From Octopus sinensis (taxonomy: Eukaryota), in contig NW_021826964.1 of NCBI RefSeq assembly GCF_006345805.1, positions 1 to 11,545 on the forward strand: 11,545 bases of DNA. The letters are read 5' to 3'. The notes beneath the pieces were generated by a model that saw only the letters and a program-made list of their open reading frames with translations, searched no databases and was not told the DNA's origin. Positions 1-10,160 of the stretch are shown piece after piece. Numbering within the stretch: position 1 is the stretch's first letter; every line of letters begins with the position of its first letter. The position numbers and the translations under genes were made by a program.

Positions 1-49
1 TATCTCTCTACATACTATATCTATTTCTATCTATCTATCTGTCTATTTC

Positions 50-80
<31 letters not shown>
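1..80. repeat. (CT)n/(ATCT)n microsatellite
   Basis: Runs of tatc/ctat followed by (ct)n are directly visible. Confidence 0.9.
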
Positions 81-81
<1 letters not shown>

Positions 82-111
82 TTATGTATATACATATGTG
101 TGTATACATAT

Positions 112-160
112 CTAAGCGCATCGTTACATGCTAACACATTACGTTAGGTGAATGCATATA

Positions 161-203
<43 letters not shown>

Positions 204-244
204 TTCACTAAAACGTAATGTGTTAGCATGTACGTTGCGCTTAG
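112..244. repeat. Inverted repeat (44-bp arms) centred on a (TA)n tract
   Basis: Left arm 112-155 is ctaagcgcatcgttacatgctaacacattacgttaggtgaatgc. The reverse complement of the right arm 201-244 is ctaagcgcaacgtacatgctaacacattacgttttagtgaatgc. About 5 differences by hand alignment. Spacer 156-200 is (AT)n with one interruption. Confidence 0.95.
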
Positions 245-589
245 CAAGAATACAAAGTATCTATAGATAGATTCGAAATACACTTTAACACTACGTCTAA
301 GTTCAATAGTCGAGCGTTCCTCGGATGACTTGCGGGCAGATGGTTTGCACTGAGGGTCACAGTGCAGGTTAACCGTGTTGAAATTGCTGATCAACGTATT
401 TTTTTTTATTTCCCTTTTATATATACACACACAGACAAACAAACGAATACACACACTAAACATCTCGGTTTTATGTACATCAGTTCATTATATAAAATTC
501 TGTACCATGCAGACAGCAACATGGTGCGGTGTGCATATGAACGCCGAAACACCTAAGTTAAATACTTTTCTAAATGAAATATCTAACAC

Positions 590-721
590 GCGCACGCACA
601 TACATATACAAACACTGACGCACACACACTCATACACACATAAACACACACGCATGTATACATACATACATACATATATATATTTATATCTATCTATATG
701 TGGTATATACATGTATGTATT

Positions 722-753
<32 letters not shown>

Positions 754-950
754 ATATATATAATATACATACATATAGATATGAATATATATGTAAATAT
801 ATATATATATGTTATATTTATACACACATATATATGTATATATATATATATAAACTTATATATATATATATTATATATATATATATAATATATATATGTG
901 TGTAAATATTTTTGCATATGTGTTATATTTATACATATATATATACACAC
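590..950. repeat. Compound (CA)n/(TACA)n/(TA)n microsatellite
   Basis: Degenerate dinucleotide runs; source of the HT/YI-rich pseudo-ORFs. Confidence 0.9.
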
Positions 951-974
951 ACAAAAACGTTCCTCCGTGGTGTG

Positions 975-1085
975 ACTGTATGTGCATGTGTGTGTGCGTG
1001 TGTGTGCATGTGCGTGTGTTTGTGTGTATGTGTATGTGTGTGTGTGTGTGTTTGTGTGTCTGTGTGTCTGTGTGCATATGCGTGA
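975..1085. repeat. Degenerate (TG)n microsatellite
   Basis: tgtgtg runs interrupted by c/a/t. Confidence 0.9.
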
Positions 1086-1462
1086 GTGAATGTTTTTCCA
1101 AATGTTCCTGGTTAGGAATGAGTGCTCGCCATATTTCATTGTGTCTTGTTTTTGTTTTATTCTTTTTCTTATTTTTCTTCCTCTTGTTGTTTTTCTTGTT
1201 ATCGCTGTTGTTACTGCAATTTTTGTTCTTCTCGTTGTCAGAGCCAATAGAAAAATTGATATTCCTCTCAAAACAGCGATATCTGTAGATTGTTCAAATC
1301 AAATTATTTTGTCTACTTTCAGACGACAAACGTTAATGTTTCGTTTTATGGCGTTATTTTTTTATTGTCCGCTTTTATTTTTTTATTCTTCATATTTTTT
1401 TTCTTCTACTGATATTGATGTATGGTTATTGTTGGAAGATGGCGGAGTTGGTGTCGTGGTTT

Positions 1463-1464
<2 letters not shown>

Positions 1465-1494
<30 letters not shown>

Positions 1495-1500
1495 GGAGGC
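1465..1500. repeat. (GTT)5(GGT)5 trinucleotide repeat in a T-rich low-complexity block (~1140-1530)
   Basis: gttgttgttgttgttggtggtggtggtggt is visible directly. Confidence 0.85.
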
Positions 1501-1729
1501 GATGGTGTTGCTGCTGTTTTCTCTCTATTATTCTACTGCTGCCTGATTGGCTCCACTAATAAGAAGACATTTTCAGAAATTGTGTCCAGATAAAGATGAC
1601 AAAAATTTAATGTAATATATGATCGAATGAATGTACAAAACAAAATAAAGCAAACAAGAACAATTACTCATACACACACACAAACGTGTGTGTGAAGGTG
1701 TTTGAGTTACCCATATTTTCTGAATATAT

Positions 1730-1960
<231 letters not shown>

Positions 1961-3207
1961 TGTACGGTTCAGGTACTGTAGCGTTAATGATGTATTGTAA
2001 AAGATACCTACTCTAAGTGTTCAAACTGACTTACCACCTAAAGCTCCGATTTGAACTGTGACTAAAACAAAATACACTGATGATGTAACCGTCTAGCAAT
2101 AAATGGCTGCATGTGGTTTACATTGAACAGGTACACGTGTAGCAGAACGAAAGTATGAACAGGCAAACAAATGACATTATCATAGATCTTGCTATTTATC
2201 TATTTGAAAATATTTGATGAATAATCATAATCGTGTATGCCATAAGAAAGAAAGAAAGAAGGCCAGCATATGTTTCTTACAGCTGTTTCAAAAACAGATG
2301 TGTAAACGAAGATACGCTATCCATATAGTATCGGTCTTTACCGGCTCCAGAGAAGCGAAAGGCGGTAAATCTTTTGTAGATTCCAATAGTGAATAGTCGC
2401 CTTGTCGGAGAGAGGATGAGGTACATTATTACCGGAAGGCTTTGGGCTACTATTAGTGTACGGTGAATCTCGAAGTGGGTAAAGCTATGAATTATTTTGT
2501 GTAATTTCCTCTGTCTAGAAAATATCTGAGATTTTCTGTGGAACTCAAAAGTAACATCGTCTGGATAGATGACACAGTTTCCACAGTTATTTGGTTGAAT
2601 ATATATATACATCACATATCACTTGATTTCATTTCACTGGCTATCATCAGTGGGACTCGTCCGATCAACGAATGCCAGTGAAATCTGTGAGATACAAATA
2701 TCAACATCTATTCGGATACTGATGTGTCAGTAGGTTTATTAAAAAGTAATTATTAACAAAGGAAACCGTACATATTTATACATGCATATGCATACGAATA
2801 TATGTGTGTGCGCGTGTGTGTTTGTGTCCAATTATCTGGCGAACGGGAACGTGAAACACAGTGTAAGTTATGCGAAGGTTTTGCAGATTTCATAAATGTT
2901 CATATACGTGTGTGTGTGTGTTTGTGGATGGGTGTGTTTAGAGTGTTTGAAGTGGTGTAAAGATGGACGTTGAGAAAAAGGAGGCAGTCAGAATTTTGAA
3001 TAATTATGTATTAACGCTTTCTTTCCTTTATCCGAACGCTTCAAGAAAAAAAAAATTATATTCGATTTTGACTTATTTAACTATAAATTAATAATTTTGC
3101 TTTATGTTATTTTTTATGGTTTTAGTTTCTCAGGAACCAAATCGCTAATAAAGAATTATCCAAAATTCTGTGTACCTTCCTTTTCTCAATACTTATTATT
3201 CATGTGT

Positions 3208-3589
3208 GGAGGCGCAATAACCCAGTGGTTAAGGCGGCGTACTCGCGGTCGTAGGATCGTAGTTTCGATTCCCAGACCGGGCGTTGTGAGTGTTGATTGA
3301 GCAAACACATCTAAAGCTCCACGAAGCTGGTGGCGACCCCTGCTGTACTCTTTCACCACAACATTCTCTCACTCTTTCATCCTGTTTCTGTTGTACCTGT
3401 ATTTCAAAGGGCCAGTATTGTCACACTCCGTGTTACGCTGAATCTCTGCCCCGAGAACTATATTAAGGGTACACGTGTCTGTGGAGTGCTCGGCCACGTG
3501 TACGTTAATTTCACGAGTAGGCTGTTCCATTGATCGGATCAACTGGAACCTTCGTTGTCGTAACAGACGGAGTGGCTCGATGACAACGG
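3208..3589 (+). mobile_element. Full-length tRNA-derived SINE (here 'family B'; resembles an Octopus SINE as recalled) with 12-bp target-site duplication
   Basis: tRNA-like head GGAGGCGCAATAACCCAGTGGTTAAGG with A-box-like TAACCCAGTGG (3218-3228) and B-box-like GTTTCGATTCC (3262-3272). Perfect direct repeat TTATTCATGTGT at 3196-3207 and 3590-3601. The body resembles a common Octopus SINE from memory. Confidence 0.88.
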
Positions 3590-4145
3590 TTATTCATGTG
3601 TTTTGAAAGAGTGAATTTAATGACAATGACGATATTGCTGTCTCGCAGAGCTCCATTATTGGGTTAACAAAATGATAAGCAAGTATCTACGTGGTAGTAC
3701 TGAAAGTAAAGCACGCTGGTGCCACCCTATTCTTCAATCAATAATACGTAATTTTTGGAATTTGACGGTATATTCAGTATAAGAAATTGATTGTGCCTTA
3801 TTGATTTTCCAGACAACAGCCAACTGAAGCTCTGCGATGAGTGAAATGGAACGTGCTTTTGTAAATTTGGGCTGAAATTCCCAATCAAAAACGTATTTCT
3901 TCAAGCGATGTGACAATCAAAACGAAGGCTGTCAGTTAGTTTGCATTTGTAGTCGTCCAAAGAAAACGTTAAGTGGGAAGAGAAGCTGAAGTAGGCACCA
4001 ACACACAAATTTTCTCGAAGTTTTGTTTTGACATATCTTATACACGTGAAGGAATATTTAACGTGTGGGGTGTGTAAGGGAAAGTAAAAATACGGACGAC
4101 AGTACAGCTGTCAGATACGTCGCAAAATTGAATGTGTTATTAAAA

Positions 4146-4168
4146 ATGATGATGATGATGATGATGAT
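4146..4168. repeat. (ATG)n/(GAT)n microsatellite
   Basis: atgatgatgatgatgatgatgat. Confidence 0.9.
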
Positions 4169-4412
4169 TATAAATGGAGACAATCAACTCTTAAAACTGG
4201 ATATAAACAACACTAATAAATAAGCGGACACGTTTATGAATATATTAATTTACTTGGACAAAGGATGTAGGTAATATAACAATTAATAAGACGGCTTTTT
4301 ATGTTGGGAAATTTCATTATACATTTCCTTTGAGACGAACGAACGGTGGTAGGTGTAGTTCTTCAAAGAGGAGCAGACTGGCAGCTCAAGTAAGAGCAGA
4401 CGCTTTGAGGCA

Positions 4413-4539
4413 GGCGTAGCTCTGTGGTGAGGCGTTTCCTTCCCGATCACGTAGGTCCACTTTCAGTCTGAATAATTGACATCTTGGCCGGGTGTTTGCT
4501 GCTGTTGCCTCTATCGAACCTAAGGCTAGTGAGTGGATT

Positions 4540-4590
<51 letters not shown>

Positions 4591-4990
4591 CTGTCTGTGT
4601 TTGTTTCAGTGTGTGTGTGTGTGTCCGTGTTTATATGTATGCATGTGTATGTACATATGTGTATGTACATATGTGTGTGTCTGACTGTTTGTATGCGTCT
4701 ATCTGTGTGTCTGTGCCTGTATCTGTGCGTGTGTGTGTGTACATGTGTGTACATGTGTGTGCATGTGCATTTGTGTGTGTGTGCGTGTGTTTGCATCTGA
4801 CCACTACTTGACGGCGGTGTTGGTGTGTTTGCATCCCAATTACATAGTAGTTCTGCAAAGTGTCCGAGAAAGTAGGTACCAATCTTGAAAATTTAAGCAC
4901 TGGGAATCGTTTCATTCGAGTAAAATACTTTAAGGCGGTGCTCCAGCATGTCCACTGTCTAATATGGCTGAAACAAGTGAGGAATGAATG
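4413..4990 (+). mobile_element. Diverged SINE ('family A') with a greatly expanded internal (TA)/(TG) linker at ~4539-4790
   Basis: A-box-like TAGCTCTGTGG at 4417-4427. The 5' half ends ...gtgagtggattt. The 3' module aaggcggtgctccagcatgtcc...ggctgaaacaag (4932-4978) and short gaat tail match an abundant Octopus SINE as recalled. It aligns in order with the copy at 5250-5632. Confidence 0.8.
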
Positions 4991-5249
4991 ACAACATATA
5001 AAATGAAACAAAACCAAAGGAAAATATATCAAATTCTCCTCTGGAAAAGATTGGGTGACTTTAATGCGTTATGCAACGATTTAAACAATGGTTGTATAAC
5101 GAAATGCGCTTAATTAATAATTACCAAAGAATTTTGGTCAGAATAATCTACGTTATTAAAAAATACAATAAAGAAAATATCTCACATGAATTCTATGGTT
5201 TGTGATAATAAACTTAAGTTTTGATGTACCGAGTACCGTGCTCAAGACC

Positions 5250-5632
5250 AAGTTTTGCAGTCAAGATTTTCATCCTTCAATCACATGACTTCCAATATAT
5301 TGTCTTGTAATGCACCTTGGGCAAGTTCTTTCATCTATAGCCCTGGGCCGATTACTGTTTTGTGAGTGAATTTAGTTGATAAAAGCTGTGTAGAAGCCAA
5401 TCATGTGTATGTATGTGCGTGTGTCAACGTATATGTATGAGTGTGTATATATTTATGTTTGTTCCTCCCCAACACTCGACAATCGTTGTTCGTTTATTTG
5501 CGTGACCACGACTTATCTTTTCGGCAAGAGTACCAGGTAAAATGAGTAATAGACAGAAAATAAAATGTGTTCGACTCACCCCACTAGGCAGTGAGTCATC
5601 ATGTCCATAGTCCAATAACTGACACAAAAGTA
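5250..5632 (+). mobile_element. Decayed SINE 'family A' copy
   Basis: Colinear blocks shared with 4413-4990: cttgggcaagt/cttggccgggt; gtgagtgaattt/gtgagtggattt; internal TG-rich linker; taggcagtgagtcatcatgtcc...aactgacacaa versus aaggcggtgctccagcatgtcc...ggctgaaacaa. Confidence 0.72.
5580..5618 (-). other. Candidate 39-nt exon within an antisense SINE tail (unverified)
   Basis: Minus strand reads cactaat (branch-like)...catacttttgtgtcag|TTATTGGACTATGGACATGATGACTCACTGCCTAGTGGG|gtgagt. Length is a multiple of 3. No transcript evidence. Confidence 0.25.
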
Positions 5633-5824
5633 TGATAGCATTAGTGTCAAATGGATGATATATTGATCACATCTATATCAAAGCCATATAATTCAGACAT
5701 AAATCATTTATATTTTTAGACTGCATCAAAACAGTTCTAAAGTTTTTAAGTCAAAAACAGACAAACCCAGCCATTGTATTTCTTTTTCCTTTTATATTCC
5801 TCGACAGACATGACTTTATGCATT

Positions 5825-6035
5825 ATTCTTTTCTACTCTAAACACAAAGCTGGGAACTTTTGAGGAGAAGGCCAATCGACTAGATGGAGCCCAGTACACA
5901 ACTGATACTTATTTATCGACCCCGAAGGGATGAAATGCAAAGTCGATCTCGGTGGAATTTGAACTCAGAAAGTAAAGACTGACAAACTACCGCTAAGCAT
6001 TTCACCCGGTATACTACTGATGCTACCCGCTCACA
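5825..6035 (-). mobile_element. Near full-length SINE ('family C') in reverse orientation
   Basis: B-box GAGTTCAAATTCC on minus (5954-5966). Block tatcgaccccgaagggatgaaatgcaaagtcgatctcggtggaatttgaactcag resembles an Octopus SINE as recalled. It aligns with 6045-6137 and 9372-9510. Confidence 0.82.
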
Positions 6036-6044
6036 TACTTAAAG

Positions 6045-6137
6045 AATCTTTCCTACTCTAGGAACAAGGCCTGAAATTTTTGGCGGGGGGTGCAGTCGAT
6101 GACATCGACCTCATTACGCAACTGGTACTTAATTATC
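6045..6137 (-). mobile_element. 5'-truncated SINE 'family C' fragment (3' portion only), tandem to 5825-6035
   Basis: tcctactctaggaacaaggcc versus ttctactctaaacacaaagc (5831); caactggtacttaattatc versus caactgatacttatttatc. Confidence 0.75.
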
Positions 6138-6875
6138 AGTCCGTAACCTTAGTCCATTAGTCCCGACACATTTTGATTAGACTGAGACATCATGTGCAAC
6201 ATAGTTTCATTAATTCTTTTATTAAGTTTGTTGTTTTTTAATCTAGGTCAAGAATAATGGAGAGTACATAGAATCAGTCACAATCCAAACATGACCATCC
6301 CGTATTTTCTACGATATCTAATGCAGAGAATGATGGTCCGTTCGTTGACTCTGATTATCACCATTTATTTATTCGACTCCAACATATTTCGTCCAGAATT
6401 AGTTGTATTAATATTACAAAAAAATATCAAATACATGTCCATGCTGATTTGTATTATCTGCGTGAAAAATTCAAAACAAAAAATTTCAAAATTATTATTT
6501 AATCCTAAAATAATTGGTTTAGGTTTTACTAAGCCACCATAAATACTACGACATGTTACGTCGCGTCTAGACGTCGTTCGACTGAGGATTACGCCTATGA
6601 ACGAAGCATATTTGGAGCTGTCTCCTGCATTCGCCGACGAAAGAAATAAATTCAATACAATTATTAATCAACGATTAATATTGTGTTTTTCTTCCGCCAC
6701 GTTTACTACATTAGCGTTTTAATGTTTCCAGCATTAAATATGATTAGAGCAATATTTCTCTATTTTTTAAAAATTAATATGATTAATTTTCTATCTCCAT
6801 TCAGGATAAGATCATTAAGATTATTATTTTCGTTGTTGCCGTTACCGATGCAATTATGAGTGCCGTTACTGTTGC

Positions 6876-6876
<1 letters not shown>

Positions 6877-6913
<37 letters not shown>

Positions 6914-6981
6914 GTAGTAGTAGTAGTAGTAGTAGTAATGATAATAATAATAATAATAATATAATAATAATAATAATAATA
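6877..6981. repeat. Compound trinucleotide array (ATT)12(AGT)8(AAT/ATA)n
   Basis: Read directly; translates to poly-I/poly-S/poly-N in the ORF track. Confidence 0.95.
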
Positions 6982-7388
6982 ACAGCAACAATAAAAATAA
7001 TAATATCCCTTGTTATTTTCATGATGATTACTGCTGTTCTTATTGTTATTGTCTTCATCATTATTATATTTATTGTTGCTAAAGTCGGACGACTTTTAGT
7101 TTCAATTTCAGTATTTTAGATTTTTTACGAAGTAGGAACCATTTTGAAACTTTTTCACTTTCTAAGTTTGTATTAAAATTTTTTTTGTATTAGGTACCAG
7201 GATGTTATTTCATGCGGTTTTCTTTTGGTTTTATTTTTTATTTTTTGGTTCCAAGTAAAATCAGTATTTAGGAAGGAAAAATATGTTTTTCCAAATATTA
7301 TATCGTAGTAAATATTTTCAGAGCAGTGCAAGCACACGTTTACAGGGAATGCACAGCAAGAAGACATATACTACAGTTCATTTCTTAG

Positions 7389-7507
7389 AGGCACGTAGTA
7401 TTTTCACAAGAGTATAAAAACAAATCTCTGGAGAAAAGTCACAGCATTAGTTTGAAAAGTTTGAAGGAAGACGATGCCCACAGGATCAATCACCAAAAGG
7501 AAGAAGG
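7389..7507 (+). other. Possible 119-nt exon (RHVVFSQEYKNKSLEKSHSISLKSLKEDDAHRINHQKEE...), unverified
   Basis: catttcttag| acceptor, open frame of 39 codons plus 2 nt, and strong donor GG|gtaaga at 7508. No recognisable protein. Confidence 0.15.
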
Positions 7508-8414
7508 GTAAGAATCCCATGAAAATGTACGAAGAATGAGTGAAGAAATAGAAGGAAAGAATATTCATGAATTCTTTCTGTAAAATAGTCTAAGAAGTTC
7601 TAAACGTGAACGACCTGGAGGAGTAACCGTCTGTATGAAGAAGCTGCGAGATAAATGTAAATAAATGTATATATGAAGAGAGAGAGAGAATGAGAAAGAA
7701 ATTATGACAGAGAGAGTTGGGGGACAGGGTGAGTGATCTAAATTCAGTCACTCAACCCAATTGTGATTCGTTTTCTTGACAATAGGCATGCTAAATCAAT
7801 GCTGGAGTTTCACTCTATTACAAAGGGGAATATAATCTATCGAATCAATAATTTTCATGCACTCTTCTATCGATTACCACATTAAGATGACCTTGGCACA
7901 CCATTTGCCCTGCTGATCGTGTGCAAAAATTTACACCACATAATGATTTATATGTACACCCCAATATCACTGATATACCGTTGCATTTAAGATAGAGTGT
8001 TAGCACTAGTATACAAATATACGACAGCCCGGATACAATGCAGAGAGGAATACAAAGAGGAACAAACAGAAGGGAAGAAAGAACGTGAGCGATGGGAGGG
8101 AAAGCGGAACAGCAATGTGGGTAATATCATTTTTCCTTTCTTATTTCATATTTAATGGCTGGTATAAAACTAGCTAACGGACGATAAAGAAATTCTGTCG
8201 ATAAAATATAAAACTGGATGAAATCGAGTGTTAAACAACTTTAAACATCACATACATTAGCTGTGAATGGCACAAGACAATGGTACACATTATTTTACAG
8301 GTTGTTGCTTTTGTTCATCCTTCACTAACTCCATAGAGATCTACTGACCTATATAGTGCGGCCATTCTTTTGCTATTTCTTGCTTGACTTCATTTGTCTG
8401 GTCTGCAGGCCTGC

Positions 8415-9052
8415 GTATGTGCATCTATGTACGATCTATGTGCCATATACACGTATACATGTGTGTGCGCCTGTGTTTCAGTATGTATTTGCATATGTCT
8501 GTGTATATATATATATATATATGTACGTACATATATACCTATATACACACAAACACACACATATATATATATATATACACATACAAATATACACACACAT
8601 TTATATACATAAATATACACGTTTAAAAATATATAGGTATATACATTCATACACACGCACTCACTCCTACACAACATATATAGATATTGTGTGCGTATAT
8701 GTATATATATATATGTATGTATGTATGCATGTATATATATATATATATATATGAATATATACATGTATATATATGTATATATGCATGTATATATATATGT
8801 ATATATGCATGTATATATATATATGTATATATATACATATATATACATAATCAGATATATACATATATACATATATAGATACATATATACACACATATAT
8901 ATATATATATATGTACATATATACATACATATATATATATGTATACATATATACATATATACATATATATATACATACATATATATATACATACATATAT
9001 ATATACATACATATATATATACATATATATATATATGTATATATATATATAC
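8415..9052. repeat. ~640-bp compound (TA)n/(TACA)n/(CA)n microsatellite field
   Basis: Continuous degenerate dinucleotide runs that explain about ten spurious ORFs. Confidence 0.95.
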
Positions 9053-9371
9053 GTAATTTAGTGTGTGCGTTTCAGTGTGTTTCGTATCGTTCCAGGATTT
9101 CCTGTGACCATTTTCATGAACAGCTTCCAACTTCCAACATCAGCCTTATATTCAAATGTCTCGTGTGTATACATGCGCGTTTGTGTACATATGCACCTGG
9201 GTCTAAGAATAAATAAGCAGAAGTCCATACAGATCTGCTCCACATTCTGCTTTTGATATATTCCGATTAAAGATAAAAGGAATTAAAAAGTATGTGATTT
9301 TTATATCAATATGATTGAATGTGTGGGGTAATTGTTTGTGAGTGTGTGTGTTTGTGTGTAGAATATTATCG

Positions 9372-9510
9372 GTTTCAAATTTTGGCACAAGGCCAGAAAA
9401 TTGGGTGAACCAGTTAAGTTGATTAATAAGATTCCAGTTTTAAACTGCTACTGATTTCATCGAGACCCGAAATGAAGAAAGGGAAAGTCGAGCCCAGCAG
9501 CATTTGCTAA
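9372..9510 (-). mobile_element. Old, decayed SINE 'family C' fragment
   Basis: ttttggcacaaggccagaaaattggg...aaactgctactgatttcatcgagacccgaaatgaagaaagggaaagtcgagcccagcagcatttg is colinear with 5830-5965. Confidence 0.68.
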
Positions 9511-10058
9511 TTCGGATGAAATTCTGCCATTATCTTCTTATTCAAACTAAGTAAAAAACATTATATTTAAACTAATGCAACACGATCTCCATTTTTGTAA
9601 CATCACAATTTTAGTGTAGATAATTTGTCTATAAAATGTTTCAACAACGATGCTGATAATGTAACTGTATTTTGTATAAACAAACGGAAAATAGATGCAA
9701 AAATATTTATGTAGTAATAACACGACTTAATTATTATAGTAATGGATATGAAATTCGAAAGTATATTTGCCAAAATAATTCCTGCAAAAATTAGTGGAAA
9801 TACACGGATTTACCATACAAAGATATAAATATAAAAGCATGGGATTAAATGGATAAACATGGAACAATAGATAATAGGACGGAGTTAGTAGCAGACTAAG
9901 CAATCAGTTGGAGGAAAAGGAATGTATGAACATGGTTTCTCTCTTGTTACACACATATATTAAGAGATAATTGAATAATAGGATTACCACATCGTTTCGT
10001 AAACGTGTCATGTTACTACCTGTCTACAAGGAGTATTTTAAAGGTGAATTTAATACGT

Positions 10059-10091
<33 letters not shown>

Positions 10092-10092
10092 T

Positions 10093-10151
<59 letters not shown>

Positions 10152-10160
10152 ATGTATATA
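10059..10160. repeat. (TA)n(TG)n(TA)n compound microsatellite
   Basis: Directly visible. Confidence 0.95.

Noticed and set aside
250-260. atacaaagtat identical to the MITE terminus plus TA at 10691-10701
   Set aside because: Only 11 AT-rich bases match and the match does not extend, so it is compatible with chance.
2035-2092. Minus-frame TVTSSVYFVLVTVQIGALG vaguely like a K+ channel pore helix
   Set aside because: It lacks the TxxTxGYG selectivity filter, so the resemblance is judged coincidental.
2035-2140. Short matches to SINE family B (ctaaagctcc, ggtacacgtgt)
   Set aside because: Spacing (~92 bp) differs from that in the SINE (~157 bp) and the intervening sequence does not align.
2500-2600. 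Plus-frame peptide RKYLRF...WIDD superficially like a reverse-transcriptase fragment
   Set aside because: The motifs are too short and too close together, the other RT motifs are absent, and in-frame stops lie nearby.
3211-3280. Possible tRNA gene
   Set aside because: The A/B boxes belong to a SINE head continuing into a ~310-bp body with a TSD, and no convincing cloverleaf acceptor stem is present.
8343-8424. Minus-strand ATG-initiated 25-codon segment ([25 protein letters not shown]) ending at donor AG|gtcagt
   Set aside because: It starts at the edge of a microsatellite with no acceptor or promoter support and no recognised homology.
8356-9256. Cluster of overlapping ORFs up to 246 aa
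   Set aside because: These arise from the (TA)/(TACA) field and overlap in all frames, which is typical of an artefact.
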